A stretch of 63,497 nt of DNA, filler included, from Lenisia limosa (taxonomy: Eukaryota; Protista; Breviatea), in NCBI GenBank assembly GCA_001655205.1. It is 7 parts of 7 records of this genome, joined end to end, with 100 filler letters (N's around TTAATTAATTAA, not from the genome) between each part and the next. Parts side by side here need not be neighbours in the genome. Positions count along the whole stretch, not along the records: positions 36,728 to 49,080 come from LPNZ01003294.1; positions 49,181 to 61,471 come from LPNZ01004088.1; 5 more parts are not named here. One strand, 5' to 3'. A program made the translations under genes and the position numbers. Below are positions 36,850 to 49,381 of the stretch, one piece after another. The notes beneath the pieces are model-generated. The model saw nothing but the letters and a program-made list of their open reading frames with translations, was not told the DNA's origin and searched no databases. Numbering within the stretch: position 1 is the stretch's first letter; each line of letters opens with the position of its first letter.

Positions 36850-39800
36850 ATGGTTCCAAAACAAGAGCAAACGGTTTAAAATGAGACGTCTTGCCGATAC
36901 TAAAAAACAGCACCACCAACTCCTTAATCAAATGCACAACGGTTTCCTTGTCAAGGTCTCTTGGCGTCCACAAACAGGTGTCAACGTCACAACCTGTTCC
37001 CCCAAATCTAGACAGTGAACTTGAAAATAGTAAACAGCAGGTAGGGCCGTGAAAAGACAGAATGTGATAGCTTTGAGCCCCCCCCCCCCACTTATTTGCA
37101 GAAGATCCAAACATGAAGAGGTCACCATCAACCCCCACGGTATCCATGACGTCACCAATTTCCTTCAGTAACGCAAGCCGGGCCTGGGCAGGTAAGTTGT
37201 GCATAGTTTTAGCATGGTGAACTAGATCAATATTGAAAAAAATATTTCTTTTTTGAATTGTCTTGTTCAACTCAACTTGTGATAAGTAACACTTAAAGAA
37301 CACAAAATGGACGGGATAAGTGTGGATAATAAAGAGCGTCATACTTCTTCTTCTTCGCGGGTTAGCAAGTGCTGCTGTACATACTCGGCAATGCTGTCGG
37401 AAAGGTGATCCTATAGCGTTAATTTCTGCGACTGACGCAAAATGCGGTAGACACGATAACACTTCGAGAGCTATTCCAGGATTTAGACCTTCACTTTCAG
37501 TTCCAAAAAGGCCAAATTCTCAATAAATACTCGATAAATATCGCCAATTTCCCAGTCTTTTGGTACCGAAAGTGAAGCTCTAATGATCCCACATGCATCC
37601 ACCACCCAAGTACTTCATAACGAAGGAACCAGTCCTCCTTCCTTGCAGGCAGAATGTCGACACCGCCATTGGGTCCGAATGGATAGGGGTTGTCAACAGG
37701 AGGGCGGCCACCCCGGGCTGTAAGTACTGGGAGTGTAAAACGAAGGCAATTTAGATGAAGAATAGAGGCATAGGTGAAAAAAAAAAGAGTTGAAATTGAA
37801 AAATAAAACGCTTGGCTATTCGCTTCTGGGAAGGTGACTGACTATTTATGAATAAGAAACATTTTTAAAACAAAAGGTCACCAACTCGAGGTTCTGGTCA
37901 GCGCAAACGACGGTTTCAGCTCCTTATCCGGTCTTTCGTCTTCGGGTATCAACCAAGGCCGTTTGCTCGTGTCCACAATAGTCAATTCTTCCGCTGCCGC
38001 CTGATTCGTGAGTATAATTCACCCATCGACTGCAGTTATGAAAATGAGTTTGAATAACCTGCCAACTTCTTCATCTTGTTCTACTCCCTCCTCTTTTGCT
38101 GGCTTCTCTTCAGGTTCATTCTCTGCATTGAAATGGTGGAANNNNNNNNNNNNNNNNNNNNNNNNNNNNNNNNNNNNNNNNNNNNNNNNNNNNNNNNNNN
38201 NNNNNNNNNNNNNGCTAGATCATATAATATAGTATATTATATATTATAGAAATGTGATGTCCGCACCATATGATATTAGTTAAAGTAATGCTATCCATCC
38301 AAAATGAGAAGCCCTACAAAGTAGCACGAAGCCCCACGTTTGTTCCACTTCCAAGCAGTTCTGAGTTTCTTCAAGTCAAAAAGGTCTATTCCCTCTTCAG
38401 CTAGGTGTTTGGCCAGTTGAACGGACGGACCGGCTACTTCCGGGGGTGATACGTTGAGGCTCAATGCTTTAATGCGCTCTGTTGCTTCATGCCATCCTAC
38501 AGTAAATTAGGACTGTAGAATTGCATTACTTCAAACAGATCGCAGATACACAAAAAATACATGTACAGAATACATACACAGAAATCATTTTTTTTACATT
38601 AATAGAGAGCTAACCTGCACCAGCTCACCCCCCTACTCAGGTCTTCAGCAGTGACGTGTACTGCGACCGTATCAGGTGTTCCGTCGGCTCTTTTGCTGCT
38701 CCGAGAATCCGAAGTCTGAAGGCCGCGGTTGCTGAATCCCCCGCCGCCAAATTCGTAAATCCACTGTTGCCGTGAGAAGGCTGAAATGAGGATTTAACGA
38801 AGGAAAGGTACTCTGGGACTACCTTCTTATATGAGACAATAATGCCATTCAAATAAATGTATCTCCGATTCCCTCTCACCTGGACCCCAAAATCGGTCAT
38901 TGGTACAGCCATTGATGAGTTCAGCGCTTTTAGAAGTAACATTCGAACCTGAAAAGTGAGATTTCATGATTTTATACATCATGAATGGATTCAATAATTC
39001 AGCCTGAATCTGCAAAAAAATAAATAATATATATCATATATGGTGTATTTCAAGACCATAACGAGATGAAGGTCACATAAACATGAATGGTAAAATGCCG
39101 ATTTAATTGTGATTTATATTAGATTACACTGGGCGAACCGGTGTGACCGAGTGCGAGTATTTTGTTTGGGGTAGCAGGCTGTTCATGAGGTCCTCAACTG
39201 CATCCAAGGTTTCAGGCCCGAGTGGTGGTCTTTTTACAGCTGATTGGTCAATATGAAAAGCAAAATTATTCAACATATACCGTTAAATCATCTAATATGG
39301 CAAAGAAACGTGTATGTAATATTAATTGCATGTGGCCGAACTAGATACATGACATAAATACCGATATTATATCAAATACGTGTCATTTGTGACAGAAAAC
39401 TTGGTTACCCTCTCTCACGTTTGTGTTTCTCAATTCCCCATTCAACAAGCTCTGACGGTAATACACAGGCGTTGCGGGTTGTAACGAGACGCAGTGCTTC
39501 AGTGAAGAGTTTATGGGTGCCACCACCTGTAATATTAACCTTGTTCCCGTGATAAGTTAGCCTTGCTGCTAATGATATGATGATATTGTTCTTCCAATTT
39601 GTTCAAATCAATAGATAAAGTCCAAGATAGAAGAGTAGGAGAGTAGAATGAAAGACCCTTTCCCCCTCATTGAAGATATATCATACCATTGGCTTCTCTG
39701 AACCTCAAGGACAAGATGTCACTGATAGCAGGAAGAGCATTCATAGCCGGCAGGACAGTTTGGCCATCAAGACTGATGCCCAGACGTTGGATCAAGAACT

Positions 39801-40700
39801 TGTTCAAACTATGGGGGTGAAAAGAAAATGCCCTTACTTGTATCGTAAGAATCTCGGGAAACACACTATTGAGATTCATTATTGATATAAGACAGTGCGT
39901 GAAATAGTAACCTTTCATATTTGATATGATAGACTCCCTATGTGATAATTAGGAGTTGAGCCTATATTCTATCGATAGAAAACAAGAAAGAGAAAGAAAA
40001 AAAAAAAAAAAAAAAAAAANNNNNNNNNNNNNNNNNNNNNNNNNNNNNNNNNNNNNNNNNNNNNNNNNNNNNNNNNNNNNNNNNNNNNNNNNNNNNNNNN
40101 NNNNNNGTGTCATCAAGCAGGCCAACTGAGTGACAAAGACGAGTCAATGTATACTTGAACTGACAGGTTGAGATCCTTGGCCGCAAGGCCTGGATCAGCA
40201 TCTTGCCAAGGGAACGTGTGTCATTCATGGTTCTCACGTCCAAGTCAGGAAACAATATCCCATTGGCCTGTTCATACGACTGAAGTGTCCAGTAGACAAA
40301 GAGATCAAGCAAAACGTGTTGGCTGTTTATGGCGTTGATTTCGTCGTGATACTTCTGAATTACATCGTCTTCAAGGTTGACTTGAAGAGACCATTCTTTC
40401 TCTCTCATTGTATGTAAACAGGAAGGCAGAGGTGAGTTTCTTGGATTGTCTCGGCAACTTCATGCAAGGCTGAGAATGGAAACTGGAGGTATCAATCTAT
40501 CTGATCTTTTGGGACAATTTATTAACTTTTCCACGCTATATAATGATTACAACGTTGTGTGGTTGCTGTTGGGTTGATGTGACAGGATGTGATGGGAAAG
40601 GAGGACAAGCTGGGAGCAAGCTGGGACCCTTGGTAAATCATGTACAAGCTCCCGGTTCGGATCTTTTGGCGTGGGTGGTGCGTGAATGGCTACCACCCCT
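36850..40700 (-). CDS. Cid1/GLD-2/TUTase-family non-canonical poly(A)/poly(U) polymerase with a long N-terminal extension; 3' part lost at the contig end
   Basis: Spliced DHLSDSIAEYVQQHLLTREEEE|ARLALLKEIGDVMDTVGVDGDLFMFGSSANK|FGGTGCDVDTCLWTPRDLDKETVVHLIKEL gives the Pol-beta-like hG[GS]...DxD motif (exon 37007-36917). Upstream exons (37730-40700) run on the same strand; the joins nearest the catalytic core are phase-compatible, the more distant ones are tentative. Confidence 0.75.
37486..37580. mobile_element. R2 MITE with TA target-site duplication
   Basis: TA-GACCTTCACTTTCAGTTCCAAAAAGGC...GTCTTTTTGGTACCGAAAGTGAAGCTC-TA. Confidence 0.85.
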
Positions 40701-41128
40701 ATCTCTTACTGAAACACGGCCAGAACCCTTGCAAAAGAAAAAGTTATTACAATTACAGGTGAAATAAAGGAGGGAAGGACAGGGGGAAGCACTCTTGTAC
40801 TTATAAGACTATAGTTGGACTATAGGGAGAGTGCGGTAAAGTAAGGAAGACCGTAAAAGATATATACACCATGGGAGAGTGGTAGCTCACGAACCACCCC
40901 CAAAAGATTTTCATTTATATATTGAATTCCCGGGGATGCTATTGGGCTCAATTCTATGGTTTTCAATCATTTTCCCCCTGCCCCAGCTTTCCCCCATTCC
41001 CTCGGCTTTCTCTAAATAAGAAGAGTAAAGAAGTAGAAAGTAAAAAGCGGACGAAATATCCAAAACGTTGGCATAAGTATTAGTTTGTGCTATTCAAGTG
41101 GTGGGGGTACTGCCCCAATTCCAGAAAG

Positions 41129-44100
41129 ATGATGACACCCGTTGACTCTATTGTGCTGGTTCTTCTGGTTGTCTTGCTTGCGCTCGCCGTTCACAGTGAA
41201 GCACCGATCTCGTATGTCGGGGTCAACGCACAACTTTTCAGTCTTATATCGAGTTATGTGAGCTATTTATTATACTAGAAAGTGTGCCGTAAATTTCTTC
41301 GGAAATATTTTAGAATTTTTCTTCTCAAAATTGTATTGATTATCGCTTTCTTGATCTCAATACGATTCTGAAGTGATTTTGTTCTTAGCTCTTCGACCAA
41401 ATAAATCATTTTATAATTTTTATAATCACATATCAAATCGTCAGGACTTATCCGGTCTGTACGAATGAGGGTGTATATTGAATTTTGAGTAGATTTGCAT
41501 CTATTTCATATTTTTAGTATTACTGAAGAGGGTGTTCACGTTTTACTAGCTCCCGCGGCTCACCAGCACCATGCTGTTCGAATGGTAGGTATATTTCTGT
41601 GAGAAAGCTGGGTTTTTTTCCATGATTACTATTTGAGAACTTCCATTTGGTCTGAAAGACTGGTAGTATTGTATTCTCATTTTTATTCTTCCAATCACCA
41701 ACTCACACTTTAGGATGCCTTCTCAATTTTGAAGAATGGTGAGATTGGAATTTGACAATCAAGTCATATATTATTACAATCTGGAAATGAATTGTAATTC
41801 ACAATGATATAAAATAAATATTGCTTAGAAGTATCATATGAATTTAGAAAAAACCTTAACTCTTTGCATCGCCACACTTCTTTGATAGATATTTCTCAAG
41901 TTTTATTGCAGTTCTGGGGAACATTCTTGAGGAACCAGAATCGTTTACTTTTTAGAAATAAGCTGTTTGCTCAAAGGTCCCGACCCCCCAGCAGGCCTGG
42001 CGATACAATTGTCGAACGTCGTTTCAGTCTCAGGTGGCACCGAGGCCGATCTCATTGTTACTGTGGGCTTTACCGTGCGATTCATCCTTTTACATGTGAT
42101 GACTATAATCATGTATTACATGTCGAGTTACCCTCAATACATATATATATATATATATATATATATNNNNNNNNNNNNNNNNNNNNNNNNNNNNNNNNNN
42201 NNNNNNNNNNNNNNNNNNNNNNNNNNNNNNNNNNNNNNNNNNNNNNNNNNNNNNNNNTCACCGGACACATCAAAACTCCCGGACAGCTTGATGTTAGTGT
42301 TATTACAAAAACTGCTTCGACAGACACATAACAACTTAATTTGGAGCAAATATCAAAAATCCGTGAATTGGGTCTCCCGGGGGTCCCCCTTTTGCCTTTT
42401 CCCAGGATTGTTTTTCTGAATCTTACCCTCTTTTAGTGTTAAATAACAATTTGCACCCATCGGAGTAATTGGTTCCGGGTTCCCCTTTGCTTTGGCTATG
42501 TAATGGTGAATTTTGAGGAAAAAATGCTCAAAATAGCACTGTGCGATTTATTCCTTGAATATGGCCTTTTATAACGGTTTTGCGTGTTTTTGAAAGTATT
42601 TGGACCGTAAATAGAGAGCGTAGGGACTGAATTTGGTTTTGACCCGACAATATATGAAATCCTTTGATTAAGATTGAAATTACTTTCGAAAATTCATGAT
42701 GATTTTATATGGAAAACTCAAGCCGTCTGGGAGTTTTGATGTGTTCACTGAATTTTGAATGATGTCCGGAGCTTTGACTATGCATATATAATATAGCTAT
42801 ATGTAGTATATTATATATATTCATGTATATCTAATTGTTACTGTGTTCTAATTCCAACTTTTGACAGGGAACCTGTCCACTTGGCACCTACTACTCTCTT
42901 GCTGATCCGCATGTTACCTGCAGCTTTGAAACCGGGTGGAATAATGGGCCTCAATGTCTCCCAGGTAGGGGAAATGGTTCTATTTTATTTTGAAACATTT
43001 GCGTGTGTCCTCTTTTTATGGAAGGACAGCGATGAAGAGTATATTCGATTACATAAGTTATAATAAATATGAATATATTATTTTGCTACTTACTTATTCT
43101 CTAGTGCTGTGTCCCATCAGTACCTTGGAACCCGAGTTTGTCAGTAACTGCACCGAAGGTTGGCAGGGTTGAATTTTACCCAACTTTTTTTAATTTTATC
43201 CAAAAGGGTCGAATTTTACCCAATCTGCTGTCACACTTGCCTTATAAGGAAGGTTTTTAGGGTGGAATTTTACTCAACAAGGGGTAATTTTACCTATGTT
43301 GAATTTTACCCAACAAAAGAGTGATTTTGGAATTTTACCCAAATATTTCCTATTTCCTGAAATCTTACCCAAGGAATTTTACCCAAATGCAACAAAATCA
43401 AGTAGAATTTGAATTTTACCCAAAAGAGTTGAATTGGGTAAAATTCCACCCTTTTGGGTAAAATTCAAATAGTTGTTGAACAGTTGGGTAAAATTCCCTG
43501 TTGAGTAAAATTCTTGGGTAAAATTCCGGAATTGGAATAAAACAGGCTAGTAAAAGCAAGGATCGTGTGAAGAGTTGGAATGCATTGTTGGTCGACCTTT
43601 GAACTGAATTGTAGAGAGTAAGGTTGTCGTTTAAATGTAATTAGGAAGGGAAAGGTCTGGTGCTGGGGAAACGTGAGTTCTGAGAAAAAGTGGTCGGGGC
43701 AAAAATACAAATTTGGGTAAAATTCCTGGGGTTGGGTAAAATTTTTGGGGGAAATTCCATGTTCCCCCGAAGGTTAGCTAACGGATTTCATTTCGTTACT
43801 TTCGGATAGNNNNNNNNNNNNNNNNNNNNNNNNNNNNNNNNNNNNNNNNNNNNNNNNNNNNNNNNNNNNNNNNNNNNNNNNNNNNNNNNNNNNNNNNNNN
43901 NNNNNNNNNNNNNNNNNNNNNNNNNNNNNNNNNNNNNNNNNNNNNNNNNNNNNNNNNNNNNNNNNNNNNNNNNNNNNNNNNNNNNNNNNNNNNNNNNNNN
44001 NNNNNNNNNNNNNNNNNNNNNNNNNNNNNNNNNNNNNNNNNNNNNNNNNNNNNNNNNNNNNNNNNNNNNNNNNNNTAACACAAGAATAAAAGTGCTTTTG

Positions 44101-47100
44101 TTTTGGTCATTATTTTTTGAATCAATTGAAGAGCTCTGCCCTAACCACTATACATGTATGTATTGTGGGTATTGTCGTAACGCTGCAGGCCTCAGGCTGT
44201 CAAGCTGCGGAGCTATGTCTTCTTATGTTGGTGAAGTAGGCATGGGTATAACGTTTTTTAGGATGAAGCTTCGAATTTGTCGCATATCAGCCGATAGAGT
44301 GGAACAACATTTTTGCCACTTGACAAAAGAAATAGAATATCACCTGTTCATTCACCTCTCCACCCTCAGCCCAACAACAATGTTGATTTCTATGACGGAT
44401 CTCGCTATGACTTTGGTGGACTGTGGACAAGTTCAACATTCGAGGGAGGTGCCTCCTCAGCTAATTCCAAATGTGTTGTCACGACCGGTGGGGGGGGGGG
44501 GGNNNNNNNNNNNNNNNNNNNNNNNNNNNNNNNNNNNNNNNNNNNNNNNNNNNNNNNNNNNNNNNNNNNNNNATTAAATTTGGAAATCTCAAACAAAGAA
44601 CTTTTAATTTGTTGTGCCAGATATGATCATATCTTCGAAGAACGATAATAACAAGGATTTATCCTGAGTGTCGCGATTTTATCAAGGCTTGTTTGTCAAC
44701 TATTATACTAGAGTATATGATATAAGATATCATCACTAAGTGGAAAATGATTGTTTAAATGTGTGAAAATAGCCGAAAAAGTGATATGATGTAATAAGGT
44801 GAATATTTCCCTCTTCAAGACTTGGCGACGCCAGACTTTATGTTTTCACTCTTTAGAGAGTCGAATGCACTGTATTGGTGGCAATACATATGGCACAGTT
44901 GGTGGGGAGATAAAGGCAGTCAGCAGTCATCTTTTTTATTTGTACATTTTTACTTTGTTGCAACACATCACATGTACTATACCACTTACCCTTTTTTTAA
45001 CCAAAGAAAAAAGAAATAGCGTTTATTGTTTTAGATTGCTGGTAGCGCAGTTTCTAGCTCAAGTACTCCAATTGAATATGTGGCTTGGCAAGGAATGGGC
45101 AAAGTTGTTGCAGAAATAAAACCAGGAGCACATCATTATATTCTGCGGACAGGTAAGATAGATATATTACTAGCTTCATGGGCCTTGTGGTATTGGGATT
45201 ATCATATTGAATCACTGAATTCCTCTTTATTGTCTTGTAAGATACATATATCGTTATTTTAACCGTTTTCGAATAAAGTAATAATTGGTTCAGATGCTGG
45301 AGAGGTGTACACCTGGGGATTCAATGTTTACGATGAGCTTCTTAGAAGCGCTGGCAACACCGCTCTGTCGACCCCGGCAAAGGTTAGCATCAGGATAGGA
45401 TATTCAGTCAATATCCATCGGAATTCTGTTTTTCTATTATCTGATTCCAAATATATTGAGATGGACAATCAAAATAGGTCAAAGCAGTTTACACCGTCAT
45501 GCTTAATGGAAATATTGAATTATAGTATTATTATATCACATTAATCGCCCAATCATTTGCCTTCTAACTCCGTGTAACAGCTTTTTGCTGCCTCCCCAGT
45601 TTAGTATTTGGTGCCTCACTGCGATTCTTCCTAATTTTCAGACTTTTTTTGTACACTCGAATATTTATAATCTACAAGGTGGCGCTTCCTGCTGGAAAGA
45701 CGGCAGAGGCGGTTTATGCTGGGTGTTATTCCAGTCTTGTTAAACTCTGTATGTGGTAAGAGTATCGCACACTATTGGCTGTTGTGTTTATGGGATGGAT
45801 TTTTTTTTTTTGCAAAATGACATCCTTGTATCCTTGTGGTGTTTTGTATGTGCGCCAAGCTCCGACTACACGAGCTTTACTTTGAAAAAACCTTAATACT
45901 CCCCATCATGACCATGAATTATTTTCCATGTTCATCAGCTCAGCGACTGGGGAGTACTATGGAGGTGGGGAAAACAGCAACGGAGAGCTGCACACCACAG
46001 CTGGCAAATATGGCCCAGGCTATGTAACTATGACTCTCCCGGAGGTTAGCTGGTGTGTTATATTGCATATTATTCAAATTGATACAAAAGTACCTATTCT
46101 TTTATTCCAGTAATCATTTACTATAGATGTATGTATGTCTATACTAGATATCATAGTATATCATATACTACTTATGAATTGATATTATACTAGAACGCAA
46201 TCTATTATAAGCGGGATGGTCTGGACGGCTTCGGCCAGATACAACCATATAATGTTACCTAACAAGACTTCTAAAAAGTTGGTTTCACCACTAGAGTGGT
46301 ACAATTACAAAGTTGGTACTCCTGAGAAACCACCTTACGGTCCTAACTGGTTTGTGGATAATTAGGCGATTCCTATTTGTCAGATAGTATAAGTATTCCT
46401 AGTGTTCTTTTTTTTTAAAAAAAAAACAGCCTAACTACAAATTCTCTCGTTCAAGACCATCATAACATGTCAGATGGTCTGAAAGTGTATGGACGATCCA
46501 CAACAGGGCCCAACGCCTTCTGCCACACAGCGCTATCTAGCACGTTTGTTAAGGTGTGTGACGTACCTTTTAGCTTTTGAAAAGGCCTAAACTCATAGGA
46601 ATATGGAATATGGAATATGGACAGTTACTAAGCTCTTATAGATTGTTGGATTATTTGGCCTTTTAGCATATGATTGAATGAATAAAATAAAATAAAATAT
46701 GTTCTCACACCCAGTCCCAAGATCCATCAGGATGGATGCAAGGCAAAATCGTAGATGTGGCGTGTGCACGTTCCGCTTGTGCGTTTGTTACAAGTTGGGA
46801 GGATGGTGGTAAATGTACCAGATCTAAGGGTTATGATGNNNNNNNNNNNNNNNNNNNNNNNNNNNNNNNNNNNNNNNNNNNNNNNNNNNNNNNNNNNNNN
46901 NNNNNNNNNNNNNNNNNNNNNNNNNNNNNNNNNNNNNNNNNNNNNNNNNNNNNNNNNNNNNNNNNNNNNNNNNNNNNNNNNNNNNNACAACTATCTGTAT
47001 TCTGGTAGGGTTAACAAATTTTAGATGAAAACCGGATGTTCATGTGTTCGGCAACAATCAAGTACATCCCGGGACACCCGTCAGAATCTGCAGTGCCCGT

Positions 47101-47738
47101 AAGGGGTGATTGGAAATTAGAAGAAGCAATTTAAGATTCAATTTGTATCAGTAATCGTACACTAGACTAAAAACCCTTAGGTAGAAATTACGGCTGCGGC
47201 CACAGCCAAATGCGAAGGTGGTTCCGCCTTTACTGCCCCGAAACTTGGAAATAACGGCAACCAGAGCATCTTCATGTTTGGAGGTAAGAGGGACTCAAGC
47301 TTTGATGGTAGACTAATCAAGATACATAAATGTCAGCACCGTTGACAATTCATAGCCTTATGGTGGAAGTATATTACCTATTTATGGCATTGATGTTCTA
47401 GGTTGTTTTGCTAAGAAACTCTATGGGTTTACAGACGGAGGTTTTTCTGATCTTTGCCGCTCTGCAAGTGATGCCGACAATACTGTGGGATATGGTGGAG
47501 ATTACACACATGCTGGTGTATGATTTGATGCTGGTAACACAAGATGGAATGGGGTGCAGAGACTGCTACTGACAGTATAATGCCGACCATTTGCTTTTTT
47601 TTTGGATACTATGGGTCACGGGCTTCGGTGAAGTAGGAAGATGAATCAATATGACCTTTACAGATCACTTTTGTTGCTGATGTTCCACGGCCTATTAAGC
47701 AAGTCACCAGCTACGGAGCGCCTCTCATTGTCCAGTGA
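41129..47738 (+). CDS. Secreted protein: signal peptide, Sushi/CCP-like Cys modules, then RCC1/BLIP-II-type repeats
   Basis: MMTPVDSIVLVLLVVLLALAVHS (signal peptide); GTCPLGTYYSLADPHVTCSFETGWNNGPQCLP|VLCPISTLEPEFVSNCTEG; RCC1-like GAHHYILRT|DAGEVYTWGFNVYDEL, AEAVYAGCYSSLVKL, GEYYGGGENSNGEL, RNHLTVLT|DGLKVYG, KIVDVACARSACAFVT|DENRMFM. Ends ...GAPLIVQ-TGA at 47738. Confidence 0.7.
43166..43760. repeat. Foldback array of the 13-mer GAATTTTACCCAA / TTGGGTAAAATTC in an intron
   Basis: About 10 forward copies or variants (43171-43423), then about 8 reverse-complement copies (43434-43757). Central hairpin 43411-43423 / 43434-43446 with a 10-nt loop. Confidence 0.9.
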
Positions 47739-48015
47739 CGAGGACTGCTAGCTTTTATTTAATTATAATAGTAATATCCTGGGTTTAAATGTATATCTAT
47801 GTAACTTCTAAAAACGGAATTCCAATTCATCAGGTTAGAAGGCAAAATGTAATTGAATTGTAATCCAATCCCTTTTGGAGGGGGGGGGGTCAATAAGATC
47901 ATATCAATCGAGATCCGGCGGCGTCTTCACTACCAAATGCTCTTTTTCGTGAAACTTCAAAATCTGTTTTCACGTTGACGGAAAGCTAGTTTAGAAGATA
48001 GTTAGCATATTAGCG

Positions 48016-49080
48016 ATGAGAGGATTGCCAATCCTTATCACTCTCACAGCGCTTTTAGGGGCTGTGCTAGGTCTACAATGGCAACAAAGCTTCCAGTGTT
48101 CTACTGTTGGCTGCAACGTCGACCAATCACATGTTTTTACCCACGTTGAATCCTGTCCCGTTACTGAAGCCATTTTATGGGCTAACCTTGAGCAAGGAGA
48201 TTTTGCTGATGATGGTCCCACGCAGAAAAGAGTCAGCATTCTTGTTGAAGCCGAAGGATCATCTTTTGGATTTTTAGTGAACGAAGAATTCGCTCCTGGT
48301 GATAATTGCACCGTTTATGAGGTTCCTACTTCTCATGATGTTCTCTCAATCATCGATCTTTCAACTACTTTCATTGTTAAAGCTTCTGTTACTCCGGATG
48401 TTACTAATATCTGCCTTTCCTACCTTTCTGGAACATTTGGACTAAATTACACTTGTGGAGGTTTGTGTGGGAATGGCATTTGAAGTAGATTTCTATTGAT
48501 CTTTGCTCACTGGACTCTTCTATGACATTTGGAGCCGTATTTAGTAGCATAGTCAAGTTTTATTGATGTGTCTTGACTAATATTGCAGTTTGCGAAGAAC
48601 ACTGTGATGGGTGCAGTGCTCCCGAGTCTGCTACTTCTTGCACATCCTGCATCGCCAACGCCGACCTGATGAGCGATAAGTCTTGCAGCTGCAGCCCGGG
48701 CTACACCTTCATGAACCAAACGTGCACTGGTGGGTGGTTGCTCTTTTATGGCTGATCTTAGTATTTCAATTCAATTGATTACTTGGCACCCTGTTTTTAA
48801 CTACTACCACCAGCTCACTCGATGCGTGATCTGGGTTCTTTTGGCATTCATAAAATAAACAATACTTGGATAAGGGTCTATTTTTGAACTTTGGATATGG
48901 TTTTTTTTTGTTATTTCGTAATTGTGAATAGGAGAGAAAATTTCCGACTTGAATTTTATTATGGGGAATTGTTCATGTTGTGACTGACCGCCAATCTAGC
49001 CTGTGACTATGGCACCTTCAAAGGCATTTCGGGCGATTCAGTCTGTGCAGCCTGTACTAACAACATGACCACTCCTTCTG
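48016..49080 (+). CDS. Secreted or surface Cys-rich protein (furin-like and GCC2/GCC3 ephrin-receptor-like repeats); truncated at the contig end
   Basis: MRGLPILITLTALLGAVLG signal peptide; exons VCEEHCDGCSAPESATSCTSCIANADLMSDKSCSCSPGYTFMNQTCT and ACDYGTFKGISGDSVCAACTNNMTTPS (CxxGTFK...CxxCxxNxTT pattern). Confidence 0.8.
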
Positions 49081-49381
49081 NNNNNNNNNNNNNNNNNNNN
49101 NNNNNNNNNNNNNNNNNNNNNNNNTTAATTAATTAANNNNNNNNNNNNNNNNNNNNNNNNNNNNNNNNNNNNNNNNNNNNAGCCCACTTGTCTTTGGCTT
49201 TCCTTTCTTCCCCCCCCCTCTCCCTATCCCTCTCACTGTCTGGGTCCTGCCTGTTGTAGTTGTTCAGTAGCAATCATTTAGTTGTCCATATTCATTCAGT
49301 CATCACACCACCAACACTTCCACACCATTACTTACACTATATATAGAATATAATATTTGGGGATTACTGTGGGGAATCTGG

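Noticed and set aside
37330-37470. Second apparent in-frame TAG on the minus strand (37411-37413) in ...SQKLTL*DHLSDSIAEY
   Set aside because: It is preceded by a branch-like TTAAC and serves as the acceptor, giving ...FLRYE|DHLSDS in phase 0. No recoding is needed.
43434-43526. TTGGGTAAAA units as telomeric or interstitial telomere repeats
   Set aside because: The units are not contiguous, occur in both orientations and match no canonical telomere repeat.
43166-43760. CRISPR-like reading of the 13-mer array (and of the 22-mer array at 27217)
   Set aside because: Repeats are too short or directly tandem, spacing is irregular, orientation flips, the context is a eukaryotic intron and no cas genes are present.
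46384-46392. Possible 9-nt micro-exon ATAGTATAA flanked by AG/GT
   Set aside because: Not needed: HLTVLT|DGLKVYG splices directly to the acceptor at ~46473 and gives a better RCC1 repeat.
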